64,000 nucleotides of DNA from Phoronis australis (GCA_002633005.1 NMRA01000343.1:1-64000); one strand, 5' to 3'. Positions 39,501 to 54,500 are shown, counted from the first letter of the stretch. Program-made: numbers and translations. Notes: a model not told the origin generated them from the sequence alone.

Positions 39501-42500
39501 TTTTCTTTAAAATTTGAGCCGAGATTGGATTTTGCTCTGCTGCAAACATGATGTTAATTTTCTATTCATAAAACTTTATTTTGTTATTAAATTGTAACTT
39601 GTGTACTCTCTAGACCATTTTACCTGGTGAGTGCGAAGAAGATGTACACTGCCTTGTCTGTGTCCAAAGTGGTGTAACATGTTTCAGACATGAAAATCTA
39701 TTGTGCGGCCCTGAGTCTCTCCATAGTGAGCGTCCACTGTTTGAGACAGGTGGCCATGCTGGATTATTATGTAATAAATCTCAATATTTATTGTTGAGGG
39801 CATATAATTTATATTTTTCTCAGTTTTGACATGATGTTAAGGCTTGTCTATGTTCAAGTTCTGTCTATAGGTATCTCCCCATATTGTTTTGAAAAGCTGT
39901 GAGCACTCACAAGTGTTAGATACTTGACTTCATAATTTGTCAGTTTTAGCAAAATCGTTTTTGTCAAAAGGTGGTGACATTTTACTATATCTGACTGTGC
40001 ACATGTGTTTTCAGGACTCCCAAATCAAGCGCATATTTGGCACGATGATCAACCAGAAACTACAGGACTTTGAAGAGGAGGTCAAGCCCATCGGCGATGT
40101 GGTCACCCAAGCAACCATCGAGCTGTACCAAGGGGTGGTAACCAAGTTCCTGCCAACGCCCACCAAGATCCACTATCTGTTTAACCTACGGGACATCTCC
40201 AAGATCTTCCAGGGGCTTCTTCGCGCTCACAAGGACTACCACGACACCAAGCTGGCTATGACACGCCTGTGGATCCACGAGTGCTTCAGGTGTGATATCA
40301 AAAGGACGCTTGACCCCGTGTAATCACTTGCTGGGGTTCTCGTCTGTGTAATGAGGGTTGGCGCTTCTGCTCATTCAAATGCAATTGGGAAGTCAAGACA
40401 ATGATAAAACAATAATCATCAGCTCATTGTCACTTGCACTTGCCTCCCGCAAGCACCGCTTTTCCTTTTTTACCAATGATACACTTGACGACACCGGTGA
40501 TACCACGAATCCAAAACATTCACTCAGGATGATTCTGGAGAGAGTTAAGATACCCTCCTATTGATTAAGTGATGCATTCTCACTGCTGTGAACACCTGAT
40601 ATTGCATCAGTATTGACACCAACCATCTGTGAACACCTGATATTGCATCAGTAGTGACTCCGGCCATTCTCGTGGAAAAATTTGAATGTTTTAACCTCAT
40701 TTTGACAAAGTGGTTTCTGTGGTTCAATGCAACAGCCTTATCCTGCCTTTGCTAATAGACTCACTTCATAACGAGTTTTATAACTTGCTCCTAACTCAAA
40801 CACAATTGATTAGACTAGCCTGAGAATACTTTATAAGTAGACAGGACTAAACGCTTAGCAACATATTTGCCTTGTTTAGAGTCTTATCTTATATTAAGTC
40901 TACTGCATAATTCTTGAAAAGCTATGACACGAATACTGAGACTGGCATTTCCTGCCATTTCAGAGTGTTCTCTGACCGCCTAGTTGATGACAAGGACAGA
41001 GAGGCATTCATAGGTATTCTTAGTGACAAGCTGGGGTCACTATTTGACCAGACGTTCCACGGCATCTGTCCAAACAAGCAGCCTCCTGTTTTTGGTAAGA
41101 GTGCCATTTATACCTTTCGGTGCATAACTAGCTATTTTCCGACTAGAAATTTGTATTTGAATTGTATGAAAATATTTACTTGTGGGTATTGAAATTATGT
41201 TTTACTAATCATTGCTGTATCCCTCTGCATCACTACTTTTTATCCGTTTCTGTTGTCTTTGAAAAAACGTTAATTGGACATAACCTGTACATTAATTTTA
41301 TTGTTTGTGAAAGTTATTGAGAATAATGTGTTTATATGAAAATAAGTGATCAAGCACATGTGATGTCAAAGATTTGAAAGAAGTCATTGTACAGTGTTGT
41401 CCACTGTGATTTTCATCATCCTTATCGAGGAATATTTACTGTACGTCTACCATTTTGAGTGACTGGACTTGACAGCCATGACAGCTTTAAGTGAAATGTT
41501 TCGCCTGTTCCCCACGTATCTCAGTGGTCATGGTGCCAAGCTAGGTTCGGGAGATCCTGGCTTTGATTCCTTGGTTGAAACGTGAGTTTTTCAAAGCTGC
41601 GACTAAAGCCTAAGAATTGTGCAAAAAACTAACGGTGCTTCCAGAAGGTGTTGAGAGCTATCTTGTATCATTTGTATCACTTCATTTTCTCCCAGGTGAC
41701 TACATCAACCCTGACGAGGTGTACGAAGACATCCAGGACCAGGCAGTGTTAAAGAAACACATGATGGAAGTACTGACAGAGTACAATGAGACACCTGGTG
41801 TTGTCAGTATGGACCTGGTCCTCTTTAAGGACGCCATTGAGCACAGTATGTACTGCCAGTCTGTGCAGAGCTGCCATCTTGTGGAAATACCTCAGTCTGA
41901 AATTAAGTCAATAGGAAACACAGGAATGTGATTGATGGCTCCATCTGTTGGAATTTTGTGTTCTGAATGGAGCCATGAAGGCAGATAATGTGAAATGTAA
42001 TTTCTGGTGGTATGCTAATATTTTAAAAATACATATAAATGATGCCAAAAAGCTCCTGGAGTTAGCTTATTGGGGTCTGTACTCAGAATAGGGAAGACAC
42101 AGTGTTCACACAAAGCTTACATCAGAGGTATATCTCAGATGGGCTTCTGCATTCAGATGGTATACAATGATAATGGTATAGGCAAAATACTGTTTTGTTG
42201 TACAAGAGAAGTAAGTTCCATTTCACCGTTGGCAACACTAATCTGGTTGGTACTAATCTGGTTGGTGAAATAAATTCAAGTGAATCTGCAGAAAACTTTA
42301 AATTCCTTAGTCGAACAATTTTTTGTAAATGAGATAGCTGAACTAGGAGTTGTAGTCATGGGATTGTTGAAAATTGTTGAGTGGCTTGAACAGTCTGTCA
42401 ATTGTTATTACCTGTGACTGACAGTAGTTACAAAACTGGGTGTGAGTTAAAAGGAATCATTGAATTTAATGGATGAACTTGTCTTGTGTTTGTTTCCAGT

Positions 42501-45500
42501 CTCCAAAGTGGTGAGAGTGATCCGTCAACCTCGTGGCAACATGCTGCTGGTGGGTATCGGTGGCTCTGGCCGTCAGAGTCTGAGCCGCCTGGCCTCTCAT
42601 ATTTGTGACTACACCACATTCCAGATTGAGGTGTCTAAACACTACAGGAAGTCCGAGTTCAGAGATGGTGAGGAACAGACTAGTCTTTCATTCACAGCCT
42701 TGTTACATAAAAGTCATGCGCTGGATAGCAGCAGTGACGCCGCATCTTATTGCCGTTATTGTAGATTGTTTTGGATTCCATGCAACAATTAAAATGTATC
42801 CGTCGGTCGTTTCTGGTGTTGCATTGCACATTAATGAAAAATTGTTTAATGTTGCAGCCTTCAAATATCTTTAATGTCACAAACACTCACCTAACTTTAG
42901 AGAAAGATCACTTACTGCTGCTATAAAATCGAATTCCAGTTGTGCCTTACTCAAATTATTGAAATTACATGTGGAGCTATTGTGCTGTTGTAGACTGTAC
43001 TTACCGGCCAGTTTTCCATGCGCCCAAAATAGACTAACAGTTAAATACTAAGAAGATGGAGTTAACTTTCTTTTTAAATTGATGGCTTTAAGTGCTGTTG
43101 GGTGCATAGCAACAGTTACGGTTATGCTATAATACTAGTTACTGTAATTAGAATAAACAATATTTTCTTGTTGAACATGTGATGAACATATTTCATGATT
43201 TCTCACACGCTCACTGTGAAGCTATACCTTAGCTAGTTTACAGTGAAACAATTAACACATGAGAATGAGATAAAGGGTCATACAAATTATGACAAACTAA
43301 CAGATATCAGTATATACAAAATTTATATGTTTAACTGTAAAGGTGGTTGACAATCTACCACAGATCTCCACTGTGTCACACAACACTGTTGATGTGCGAC
43401 ACTCCGTCATTTTGCATTGCTGCAATTGCCATCTGTGATTTCAGACCTGAAGAGACTCTACTGGACAGCTGGTGTTGACAACAAGGCCTCTGTGTTCCTG
43501 TTCAACGATACCCAAGTGGTTGAGGAGTCCTTCTTGGAGGACATTAATAATATCCTGAGTAGTGGTGAGGTGCCCAACTTATACAAACCTGAGGAGTTTG
43601 AAGAGGTACGGATCCCATTTATCATTTTCTACTAGTGAGCACAATTCCATAAGGCAAGAGGAAATTGAAGGATGTTAATTATCTCCAGAGGTCGCAACTT
43701 TTTCTACCTCCTGAAAAGGGAGAGAAACTTGTTTTGGTGCCTTTTTCTGCAGTCTGTGTGGTAAAATCTTTGGTAAAATTTGTTTTGGTCTTAACTTGTA
43801 GAAAACGATTTATTGAGAATTTAAACTTCATGCAGGAAGTGAAACTAATTTGGAAAATTTTTCATATTTTTTGTGTCGCACTAGGACATGTTCACTTTTT
43901 GACATCACCATAATTCCTGTAGTGTGTTATTCTTTTACATTTTAATGGGACAATTCTCAGGAGTTTTCATGTAATATATCACTCTGCTAAAAGGGTAACC
44001 AACCCACACCTTTTGACAAAAACAATAATATTTTTAATTAGCCCACATAAACAAAATTGGACTCGTCTTCTTCCTTAGTCATATTAGAATGATATTCATG
44101 TTTAAGAAGAACCGTTGCTTCATACCAAGCTCGTGCAGTTTGCTTGTCCCAAAAGATTAGTTTCAGCTGCCTTAGCAGTATGGTTGCCAGGGGGATTCCA
44201 GACATTTTATAACAGTTACAGCCAATTTCACTTCAAGCAAAGGATTAGAACATGGTGACATCGCTTAGGAGACTGTGTGAAGAAAGTCGTTTTTAACAAT
44301 AGAACATGGTTAATAGTGTTGTCAACGAATTGCAGCCATTAAAACATGTTTTTAATGTTTAGTGACTCAACTTTGTCCATGTTGAGCCTCTTGCATTGTG
44401 CTATCTACACTTTTTGATCACTGTTGTCTAGGTGAAGAATGCATTGGCTGATGCAGCCAAGAAGGAAGGCATAGACGACACTGCTCAGAGCATATTCGCC
44501 TTCTTAATTGACAGAGTGCGCTCTAACCTCCACGTGGCTCTCTGCATGAGCCCTGTTGGAGAGCCTTTCAGGTACGTGTTGAACATTGTAATGGCTGGTG
44601 TGGTCTGGATGTGTGAAGTTTGTTGATTTTATTATAAAGTCCTAGCCTGTATATTGTAACAAATGAAAAACTCCAAGAAAGATATCTTAACTTTGATTTA
44701 AGTTTTTGGCTCAGTTTGTCTTAATTTTGACTATCCCACCAGATGTGGAAGTTTCAAAGTTGGGAAGTTAAGATAAGTCTTAGACGTAAGTCAAAAATGA
44801 ACTTAATGTAAGTTTATTAGTTTCTTGGAACGGTCCCCTGGTCAGTACAGCTCAGTACACTATAGTTCGATGTAGCACTTTGTTCATCTCTGTGTTATCA
44901 GGTCGTAATAAGCTGTTCTCTTTGAAGGAATCGCATCCGCCAGTACCCTGCCTTTGTCAACTGCACAACCATAGACTGGTTCTCAGAGTGGCCACTAGAT
45001 GCTCTTCTGGAGGTGTCCGACAAGTATTTGGAGACAATAGTTCTTGCCAATGAAGAGGAGGTCAGTGGTGTATAACATGCAACAATGGCAGATTTTGCCT
45101 TTTTTCTCACCTTGTATTTTACAAGTTTTTCTGTAATTTTAATAAGTCTTCATAATGGGAGCTAGAATGATGGTTAATCACACTTCTACAGTCTGTTGAC
45201 GGATGTTACAAGTTAAAGGCCATAGACTTTGAAGGGTACCGCATTCTTCTGCTTAGTAGTGGTGGTCACACTTTGTTTATGACCGTGTGTCCCTCACACC
45301 AACATGTCGTGAACACATCCACTAAAACAAGAAACTGTAGGAACACCGCATTTATCCACCTTCACTCTCATCAGGCTTCTATTGTGAGTCAGCATGCGTG
45401 AATAATTGGCTGATAAGCCACCTCTGGAACTACTTTGGGCTGAATGGATGACCAGGCCATAAAATGATAATTAGCCAAGACCAGTTACTATAATGCAACA

Positions 45501-48500
45501 AAGAACAAATAATAATGTCTTGCATCACCTAGCCTTGGTGGAAAGCTGTATACTGTATTGGCTCAAACAAACGCTTAGAAAAATTCATTTCACGGGGAGG
45601 GGACGCTTATTGTAGTGAGCCTACGGCAGTTGAAACCCGGTTTCCCAAACGGGTAAAATCGGAAGCTAGGATTCATCAAATTTACGCTCTGTGACGTATT
45701 TGTAGCCTATGACAGCCTTTCTACAAAATTGTGGTGCATTGCTATCAACTTCCGTTGTTAAATTACGATAATTTTNAGTGGTTGAGGAGTCCTTCTTGGA
45801 GGACATTAACAATATCCTGAGTAGTGGTGAGGTGCCCAACTTATACAAACCTGAGGAGTTTGAGGAGGTACGGATACCATTTATCATTTTCTACTAGTGA
45901 GTGCAATTCCATAAGGCAAGAGGAAATTGAAGGATGTTAATTATTTCCAACTTTTTCTACCTCCTGAAAAGGGAGAGAAAGTTGTTTTGGTGCCTTGTTC
46001 TGCAGTCTGTGTGGTAAAATCTTTGGTAAAATTTTTGTCTTAATTTGTAGAAAACAATTTATTGAGAATTTAAAGTATCATGCAGGAAGTGAAACAAATT
46101 TGGAAAATTTTTCATATTTTTTGCGTCGCACTAGGACATGTTCACGTTTTGACATCACCATAATGCCTGTAGAGTGTTTTCTTTTACATTTTAATGGGAC
46201 AATTCTCAGGAGTTTTCATGTAATATATCCCTCTGCTAAAAGGGTAACCAACCCACGCCTTTTGACAAAAACAATGATATTTTTAATTAGCCCACATAAA
46301 CAAAATTGGACTCGTCTTGTTCCTTAGTCATATTAGTATGATATTCAGGTTTAAGAAGAACCGTTGCTTCATAACAAGCTCGTGCAGTTTGCTTGTCCCA
46401 AAAGATTAGTTTCAGCTACCTTAGCAATATGGTTGCCAGGGGGATTCCAGACATTTTATAACAGTTACAGCCAATTTCTCTTCAAGCAAAGGATTAGAAC
46501 GTGGTGACATCGCTTAGGAGACTGTGTGAAGAACATGGTTAATAGTGTTGTCAACGAATTGCAGTCGGTAAAACATGTTCTTAATGTTTAGTGACTCAGC
46601 TTTGTCTTCATTGAGCCTTTTGCATTGTGCTATCTACATCCTTTGATCACCGTTGTTTAGGTGAAGAATGCATTGGCTGATGCAGCCAAGAAGGAAGGCA
46701 TAGACGACACTGCTCAGAGCATATTCGCCTTCTTAATTGACAGAGTGCGCTCTAACCTCCACGTGGCTCTGTGCATGAGCCCTGTTGGAGAGCCTTTCAG
46801 GTACGTGTTGAACATTGTAATGGCTGGTGTGGTCTGGATGTGTGAAGTTTGTCGATTTTATTATAAAGTCCTAGCCTGTATATTGTAATAAATGAAAAAC
46901 TCCAAGAAAGATATCTTAACTTTGATTTAAGTTTTTGGCTCAGTTTGTCTTAATTTTGACTATCCCACCAGATGTGGAAGTTTCAAAGTTGGGAAGTTAA
47001 GAAAAGTCTTAGACGTAAGTCAAAAATGAACTTAATGTAAGTTTATTAGTTTCTTGGTACGGTCCCCTGGTCAGTACAGCTCAGTACACTATAGTTCGAT
47101 GTAGCACTTTGTTCATCTCTGTGTTATCACGTCGTAATAAGCTGTTCTCTTTGAAGGAATCGCATCCGCCAGTACCCAGCCTTTGTCAACTGCACAACCA
47201 TAGACTGGTTCTCAGAGTGGCCACTAGATGCTCTTCTGGAGGTGTCCGACAAGTATTTGGAGACAATAGTTCTTGCCAATGAAGAGGAGGTCAGTGGTGT
47301 ATAACATGCAACAATGGCAGATTTTGCATTTTTTCTCACCTTGTATTTTACAAGTTTTTCTGTAATTTTAATAAGTCTTCATAATGGGAGCTAGAATGAT
47401 GGTTAATCACACTTCTACAGCCTGTTGACGGATGTTACAAATTAAAGGCCATAGACTTCGAAGGGTACCACATTCTTCTGCTTAGTAGTGGTGGTCACAT
47501 TTTGTTGATGACCGTGTGTCCCTCACACCGAGGATTAAACTTCCTTCCGCTTTTCATAGTTGACGCAGCCGTCGATTTTGGGTAAATTTTCCCTAGGATC
47601 TTCAACTCTTGCCTTTTGCATTTGTGAAACAGGTCTTACTTTCTATTGTACTCTGACTCTTTCTTTTCAGAGATGATGGTGCTTGTGTCTATTTAATTAC
47701 GTGCGTGTGTCATATTTTGCAATCCAAGAGGCCTGAATAAAATGGTTGCCTGTTGTTTGTTTACAGGAGAAGCTAAAGCCTGACCTGGCCAAGATCTTCT
47801 CTATTATGCACAAGTCAGTGTCAGACATGTCTCGTAAAATGTTGGAGGAGCTGAGACGACATAACTATGTGACACCTACCAATTATCTGGAGCTGGTCTC
47901 CGGCTATCAGAGGTAAATACAAGTGTCTGCGCTAGGGAAGTCTTATTTAAATAGTGTCAAATCCGCCTGACTGTGCGACGCGGAGTCACTAGAGGTTAAG
48001 GTTTTCGGCTCTCTCTCTCTTGAGTCTATTTGAGCATAGTGTGACAAAGTTAATTCTGCATGCTTTTGTTTCAAGGGACGTAATTGCATTCCACATTTTG
48101 TCCTGCAGGTTGTTGTATGAGAAGAGGAAGGAGCTGGGCGACTCTGCCGACAAGTTGAAGAACGGTCTGAGCAAGATTGACGAGACACGTAGCAAGGTGG
48201 AGGCCATGTCGGTGGAGCTGGAGGACGCCAAGACTAAAGTGGCTCAGTTCCAGAAGCAGTGCGAAGAATACCTAGTGATTATTGTACAGCAGAAGAGAGA
48301 TGCTGACGAACAACAGAAGGTAAAGTGAAAAGTCTTATGTACTGCAGTTTCAAAAACAGTTTGGTCAGCTTTGACGAAATCCCAGAAAGAAATTGAGTGT
48401 GAAATAACGCTGAATCTTGTAGAAATTCAGTCAAAATCTAGTCCATTTTAATGTTGGGTAATTATCCTCACGATATTTTGGGACAAATGATGCTTTAGTA

Positions 48501-51500
48501 TATGAAGTAGTCTTCTGGGTTAATTATTTTTGTTGAGGTAATTGGCCTTTTTATGTTAACTTTTGTAATGTACTGTACAGTGTCACATGCTCTGTTTTCA
48601 TTGGTGGGTTTCGTTCTGCTGTGGATGTCTTCCAATAGAATGTGAAAAATCTGTCTATCGTCAAAAAATTCAATTAAATCATTCTACTTTTCTGCAGCAG
48701 TGAACTAAATTTATGAAATTTTACTGTTCATTAGTTATTGGTTTCTGGACTAAACCACAGGAATTGAAAGGAAATTAAAAATTATAAGACAGATTTTTGA
48801 TTGACTGACTTCGAGTTAAAATCAAGTCATTTTGGCCTTGTTTCGCCACCTCATTATATCTGTTAGTAGTAAATGACAATGTGGGATATCTCGTGCAGGC
48901 TGTGTCACAGAAGAGTGAGAAGATTGGTGAAGAGGAGGTGAAGTGTAAGGCCATGGCAGAACTGGCACAGGCTGATCTGAATGAGGCGCTGCCAGCACTA
49001 GAGGAGGCCATGAAGGTGGGTGTGTGGGGCATGGGGGGGGGAGTGAACGGGGTCTGTGGGCCTGGCAGTGTTTGTGAGGTTTGACAGGAGACTTGCAGGT
49101 CTTGGGCATTGTTACGTCTGACATACAACTGTTTAGTGTTGTGACACCTTGAAAGAGCATTTTGCATGACACAATTCAAATTCAGTATGGACTGAGTTGA
49201 CAAAGATGAAATGGAATTTCTTTCATTGACTGGCATATAGCTATGAACGTTTTTTGTGGTTTGTTTGAATATCCCACTGTACAACAAATGAATGGTAATT
49301 TGACGTCATGATGATATAAAAAATGTGAAATTCCATCACCTATTAAGTGTTCATCCAAATCACAGGTGTGATCAAGGTGGTGTTGAACATTATCCTTCAA
49401 GCACTTGGTCACCGCTAAACGATAAAGCTAAATTATGACATTATCTCGCAGCTATAATGGACAACATTCTTGAAGGCTGATTCTGATTTGCTAAGTAATT
49501 CAATCACTCTTGTTATCAATGGTTGTGGAATTGGTAGATTACTAATTTCAACCAGTGGACAATGGGAATAGCCAAAATTGTAACTTAGTGTTTAGAACAC
49601 TACGTTGCCATAAATATAGTGTTTTGCGTTCTACCCATAAGGCCTTGGAGTCCCTGAACAAGAAAGATATGACTGAGATCAAGAGTTACGCCAAACCCCC
49701 AGCCTTGGTCGAGAAGGTGATGGAGGCAGTCATGATCCTGAGAGGGAGTGAGCCAAACTGGGCAGAAGCAAAGAGACAACTGGGTAAGACTGATGATTGA
49801 GTTGGGGTTTAGTGTAATTAGCCTTGTGGAGGAGTGTGATTCACAAGACAGTGTGATTCACAAGACAGTGCGATTCAGAAATTTGGCAGTAGCTACTGAC
49901 AGAGGGTCCGACAACGTGTTGCTCTCTGATGAGTATGTTGAATATAACTATTTCCAAATCTTGTTTTGCTTACCTGTCTGTGTTTTCTGGCTCTCAATCT
50001 AAGTGGCTGAAAATATAAAATGCTGAGTATATTTTATTTTTTGTCATTTATATTGTCAATTTGCTTGTAGCTTTTCATTGAAAATTTGGCTTCAAATTAT
50101 AGATCAGCTTCACTCGTTCACACAGGCAAGCTCAACTTTGCATACTTGAGTAGAATATAAAATTAACAAGGTTCTGAGTAACTTTATAAAGATGTCAACT
50201 TTTCACCAAACCACATCCTCAAAACGCGTCTTGTTGCATGAGTCCCTTTAACTGTTTTTATGTCTTCACAAGTACATGTCTGTAATTCTTGGAAACGTGA
50301 TTTGCAGGTGATCAGAACTTCATCAAGCAGCTTGTGAACTTCGACAAAGACAACATCAGTGACAGGGTCCTGAAAAAGATTGGACAATACTGCTCGCAGG
50401 CCGACTTCCAACCAGAGATCATCGGTCGCGTGTCGGCTGCTGCTAAGTCGCTGTGCATGTGGGTCCGCGCAATGGAAGTGTACGGCAGGATATATCGTGT
50501 GGTTGAGCCCAAGAAGCAGCGACTGAACGCTGCCACAATACAGCTGAAGGAGAAACAGGACGCTCTGGCGGACGCAAAGGCAAAATTGGCTGAGGTACAA
50601 CCCCATTTTGGTTGATGTGAATTTATATCAGGTTGATGATAAATTATCATTCATAGCAATTGTTAAGTATGAATTCTAATCCACCATTCACATCATACTG
50701 TACCATGAGTTAATAGTCGGGAATATTTTTTATGTGATACATTAAAACATATCGTGTCATTACATTGTCTTAGTAGCAAAAATTAAATTATCTCCAGAAT
50801 AGTTGTGGTTGTAGGACCTGCCTACTTTTGTCATTTGAAAGTTTGTTTTGTCAATTAGAAATCGTTGCATTGTTGAAAAAATTGAAATTTTGTTAAAACT
50901 TGTAAAACCATTTTCTAGTTTCCATTCAGAGCTCATCATAAATGGTTAAAACAAGAATTCTACAACTTTAATTTATCGAACTAAATTCAAATCAGGTATT
51001 TATCAGTTGTCCTAATTTGATTGACAGGTGGAGGCAAAAATGAATCAGCTGAAGCAGGAGTATGATGACAAACTGGCCCAAAAGGAGGAGCTACGGCGCA
51101 AGGCGGAGCAGACGGAGCTGATGTTGGATCGGGCAGCCAAGCTGGTGTCCGGATTGGCCGGGGAGAAGATACGATGGGAAGCTACTGTGGAGGTATGAGG
51201 GCAATACTCTGTTTTTGTTTCAGATTAGTGTCTGGGACCTGTTTAACTAGTAGACAGAGCCTAATGCCAAAACTTAGAGGGTTTTTAATCTAATAGTCTC
51301 TTTGTAGAAAAATGTCATAATGTTACGAAATTTTCGTGAAACTGGACCATGCTTTCTTCAGCATAAGTTGTCTAAAATGACAATTTAATAAATTGTGTCA
51401 TTCAATTCATGTGATAAATGTTCTGGACAATAGTTATAAGGACAAATCTGTAAACTGGGTGTTACTTCTGGCATCCAGTACTGAACCTCTATAAGGCTTG

Positions 51501-54500
51501 AGGCCATGTTATTGATCTAACTCAAGTGTGCACTTATGTTCTCTAGGAATTGGAGGAGAAGATGGGGTATCTTGTGGGTGACTGTATGGTGGCTGCTGGG
51601 TTCTTGTCCTACATGGGACCATTCTTGTCTGAGTACAGGGACCAGCTGGTGCAGAAATGGATTGGAGAGGTAGGCTGGAAAGAAAAGCATTATTCTGTTC
51701 TTGTGTAATGTAGCTGATGGAACAGTATTCAAACATTGATTTTGTTGTCCAGATGTTAGAATTTTTGCATTCGTTTTTCGAATGTTTTTAGATTGTGTGA
51801 TCAGATATTGCAGTCACAGTAATTGTATTACATTCAAATCATCTGTTTTGTGACACTGTCAACATGGATGTTCTATAAAAAGTAGGTTATCTTGCTCGCA
51901 GCCAGAATGCAATCTCTTTTTGATTAACCAAACTTTGAATCCAATTTAGTAGCTCACAGTGCACTTTGAACTGTTGATCACATTTGAGATATTGAGTGAT
52001 TTGCTATTGATGTGTACCATTTGACATTACATTCACTGAATTTTAGTAGGTACACCCNCAAATTTTAATTCTGTGCTTTCATTCCAGTTGCGTAATCTGT
52101 CCGTGCCTGCTACACCATCGTTCAACTTTTGCGAGTTCATGGTCAAGCCTACACAAGTGCGTGACTGGAACCTGCAGGGTCTACCTAGCGATGGCTTCTC
52201 CACAGAGAATGGTGTCATTGTCACCAGGGGGAGTCGTTGGCCTCTTATGGTTGACCCCCAGGGCCAGGCCATCAAATGGATCAAGAACATGGAAATGGCA
52301 AACGTACGTCCTGTATCATTTAGACAACCTATGATTTGTATGGAATCCTTTGCCTTTTGCTAACCAGTGTGTATTCTATTAAATCATGTTTCAAACAATA
52401 TTATCTGAAAGTTTAGTGTGAAACATTGCACTTAAATTCTGTACCAAGCTATGGATCATGTGACATCACACAAGGTGGTGAAAAATGGCTGTTTATAAAA
52501 ACATAGTTTTCGAAAAGTTGTTGATTTCCAATGGAATTTGCCTCACTATGTCGAAGTGATGACACAACCGCAGATGTAAGTCAAGAGGAAAAACACTTAT
52601 AATTAGGAAATTAAACTGCAAATGGTTAATTTAAAAGCAGGATGAACCGAATAGACATTTAATGGTAGCCCTTGCACCATGTCTGATTAAACAACAGCTC
52701 ATAATCCATCTACCTCCTCGTACAGGGCCTGAAGGTGATAGATCTTCAGCAGCATGACTTCATGCGTACTCTGGAGACAGCAATCCAGTACGGTATGCCT
52801 GTCTTGCTACAAAACGTTCAAGAGAAACTGGACCCCTCGCTGGATCCCATACTGACTAAAGCCATCAAGAAGATGGGTGGGTATTACCTCACGTTTTGCA
52901 GATTTATAGACAAGTGTTAAAATTCGCTTAATTTGGTCATAGTGAGCACCTAACCAGTAGCCAGTGTAAGAACGTAGAGCTCTTCAGTGTAGTGAGAGCA
53001 CAAAACCAAGTTCTTTTTTATGCAAATAACTTTGTCAGTTTTTGATTGACGAGAGAGTTCAGTTGACAAAGATGAAAGATAGTAAATTCTTGTTCCATTT
53101 GGTATTTTGCGTTTGTTGGCTTTTTTGCATGGAACATTCTACAGCACAGCACGCTTTGTAGCCTGACATCTTGATGACTGCACAGAGTTAAATAAATAAG
53201 GTATTGATATGTCTTTTAATCAATTAAAAGAGAATTCTTGTAAGCAATTGCCAATTTTTTCCGATACTAGGTGAGAGTTTGTTAATTTTTTCATCAGCTA
53301 TTTATTGGTTCTTGTATGTTCCACCAGGTGGTGCCTGGATGATCCGTCTGGGCGACAAGGAGGTGGAGTATAACTTTGACTTCCGTTTCTACATCACAAC
53401 CAAACTGAGCAACCCCCACTACCCCCCGGAGATCTCGACCAAGACCACCATCACGAACTTTGCGGTCAAGGAGCAAGGTATGGGCAGGTCCACCACAAGG
53501 TCCACCAGCCTTTTGTGTGGTAGTGGCTTATCTAGATTTTGGTGCAAATGCCTTTGTGTGAAAACTTCTTAATTGAAAATGCAGATCATGCGTTTTAGGG
53601 CATTCGGTATCTCTATTACTTGCAGTTATTGAACCCTCACTTTTAATTAAAATTTGTGTCATTCTTTGTCGTCGGACTGATTTTTATTTAAAACTTTTAT
53701 CCTTGCTATGATTCATGGGAGGTCATTGTAGTTGAAAAGACTTTAAAGTTGGAGTGTATATTTAGCAATAATATGTAATTTGTGCTGATTTTTTCTAAAA
53801 TTATTTTTTCATCTGTAGATCATTGATTTTGTTCTGTAGTGTTTATGATACGACTATCACTTTAACTTTTGCCCATTTTCTCTCTTTCATGTTTGTTAAA
53901 CAGCATATCAATCTTGGTTACTACATTTAACTCTTGCTATAATTGTTCTTTTGAAATGTCTTCAACTTCATTCAGTTCTGTCAGTACACGTTTTAATTTG
54001 ATCTTTAGTCTCTAACAGCGAGTTTCAAGGCCGATGCTGTGGTAATTATAAATTATACTAATAAGACATTTTCATGCATGTATTATGCGTCCTACTTGCT
54101 TCTTTACAAAGTGTTAACAGCACTTAAAAAGGTGGGGATAGGGCTTTCCTGAAGTCAGTTCTGCTTTTCATAATTGCTTGCTTGCTGACTTTATATGTTA
54201 CGCATTTCAAGCTTGTCAGATAATTGTCATGTAACTCAACGTTCATTGCTGCTTGAATGTTAACACTCACAGACAATATATGAATATGAAAGTCTTAAAC
54301 CGGTGTGGACACATAGATCGCAAAAATTTTTAAGTCACGTGATTTCTGTGATGTGGCCTACAGGTGGCATGCAGGCCATCTGCCAAGAAGTAGAAGTGAC
54401 AATTTTTGCAATTGTTCTTAATATGCAAAATAATTGAGGAAATTACAATCTGCTTCATTTCGCTATTGAAATGTTGCGACTATTACCTTGTTGGGACATC

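Larger units (their letters stand above)
43515..47529. repeat. ~1.77-kb direct duplication incl. part of exon 47 and exons 48-49 (probable haplotype overlap at N 45776)
   Basis: 43515-45300 vs 45777-47529; second copy begins mid-exon immediately after the N; exonic differences all synonymous. Confidence 0.88.

Noticed and set aside
45777-47289. Mutually exclusive duplicate exons 48-49
   Set aside because: Identical peptides and a junction at an N mid-exon indicate an assembly artefact.
52058-52058. Missing exon at assembly gaps (N at 15564 and 52058)
   Set aside because: Flanking exons join in phase with no apparent gap relative to DNAH2.
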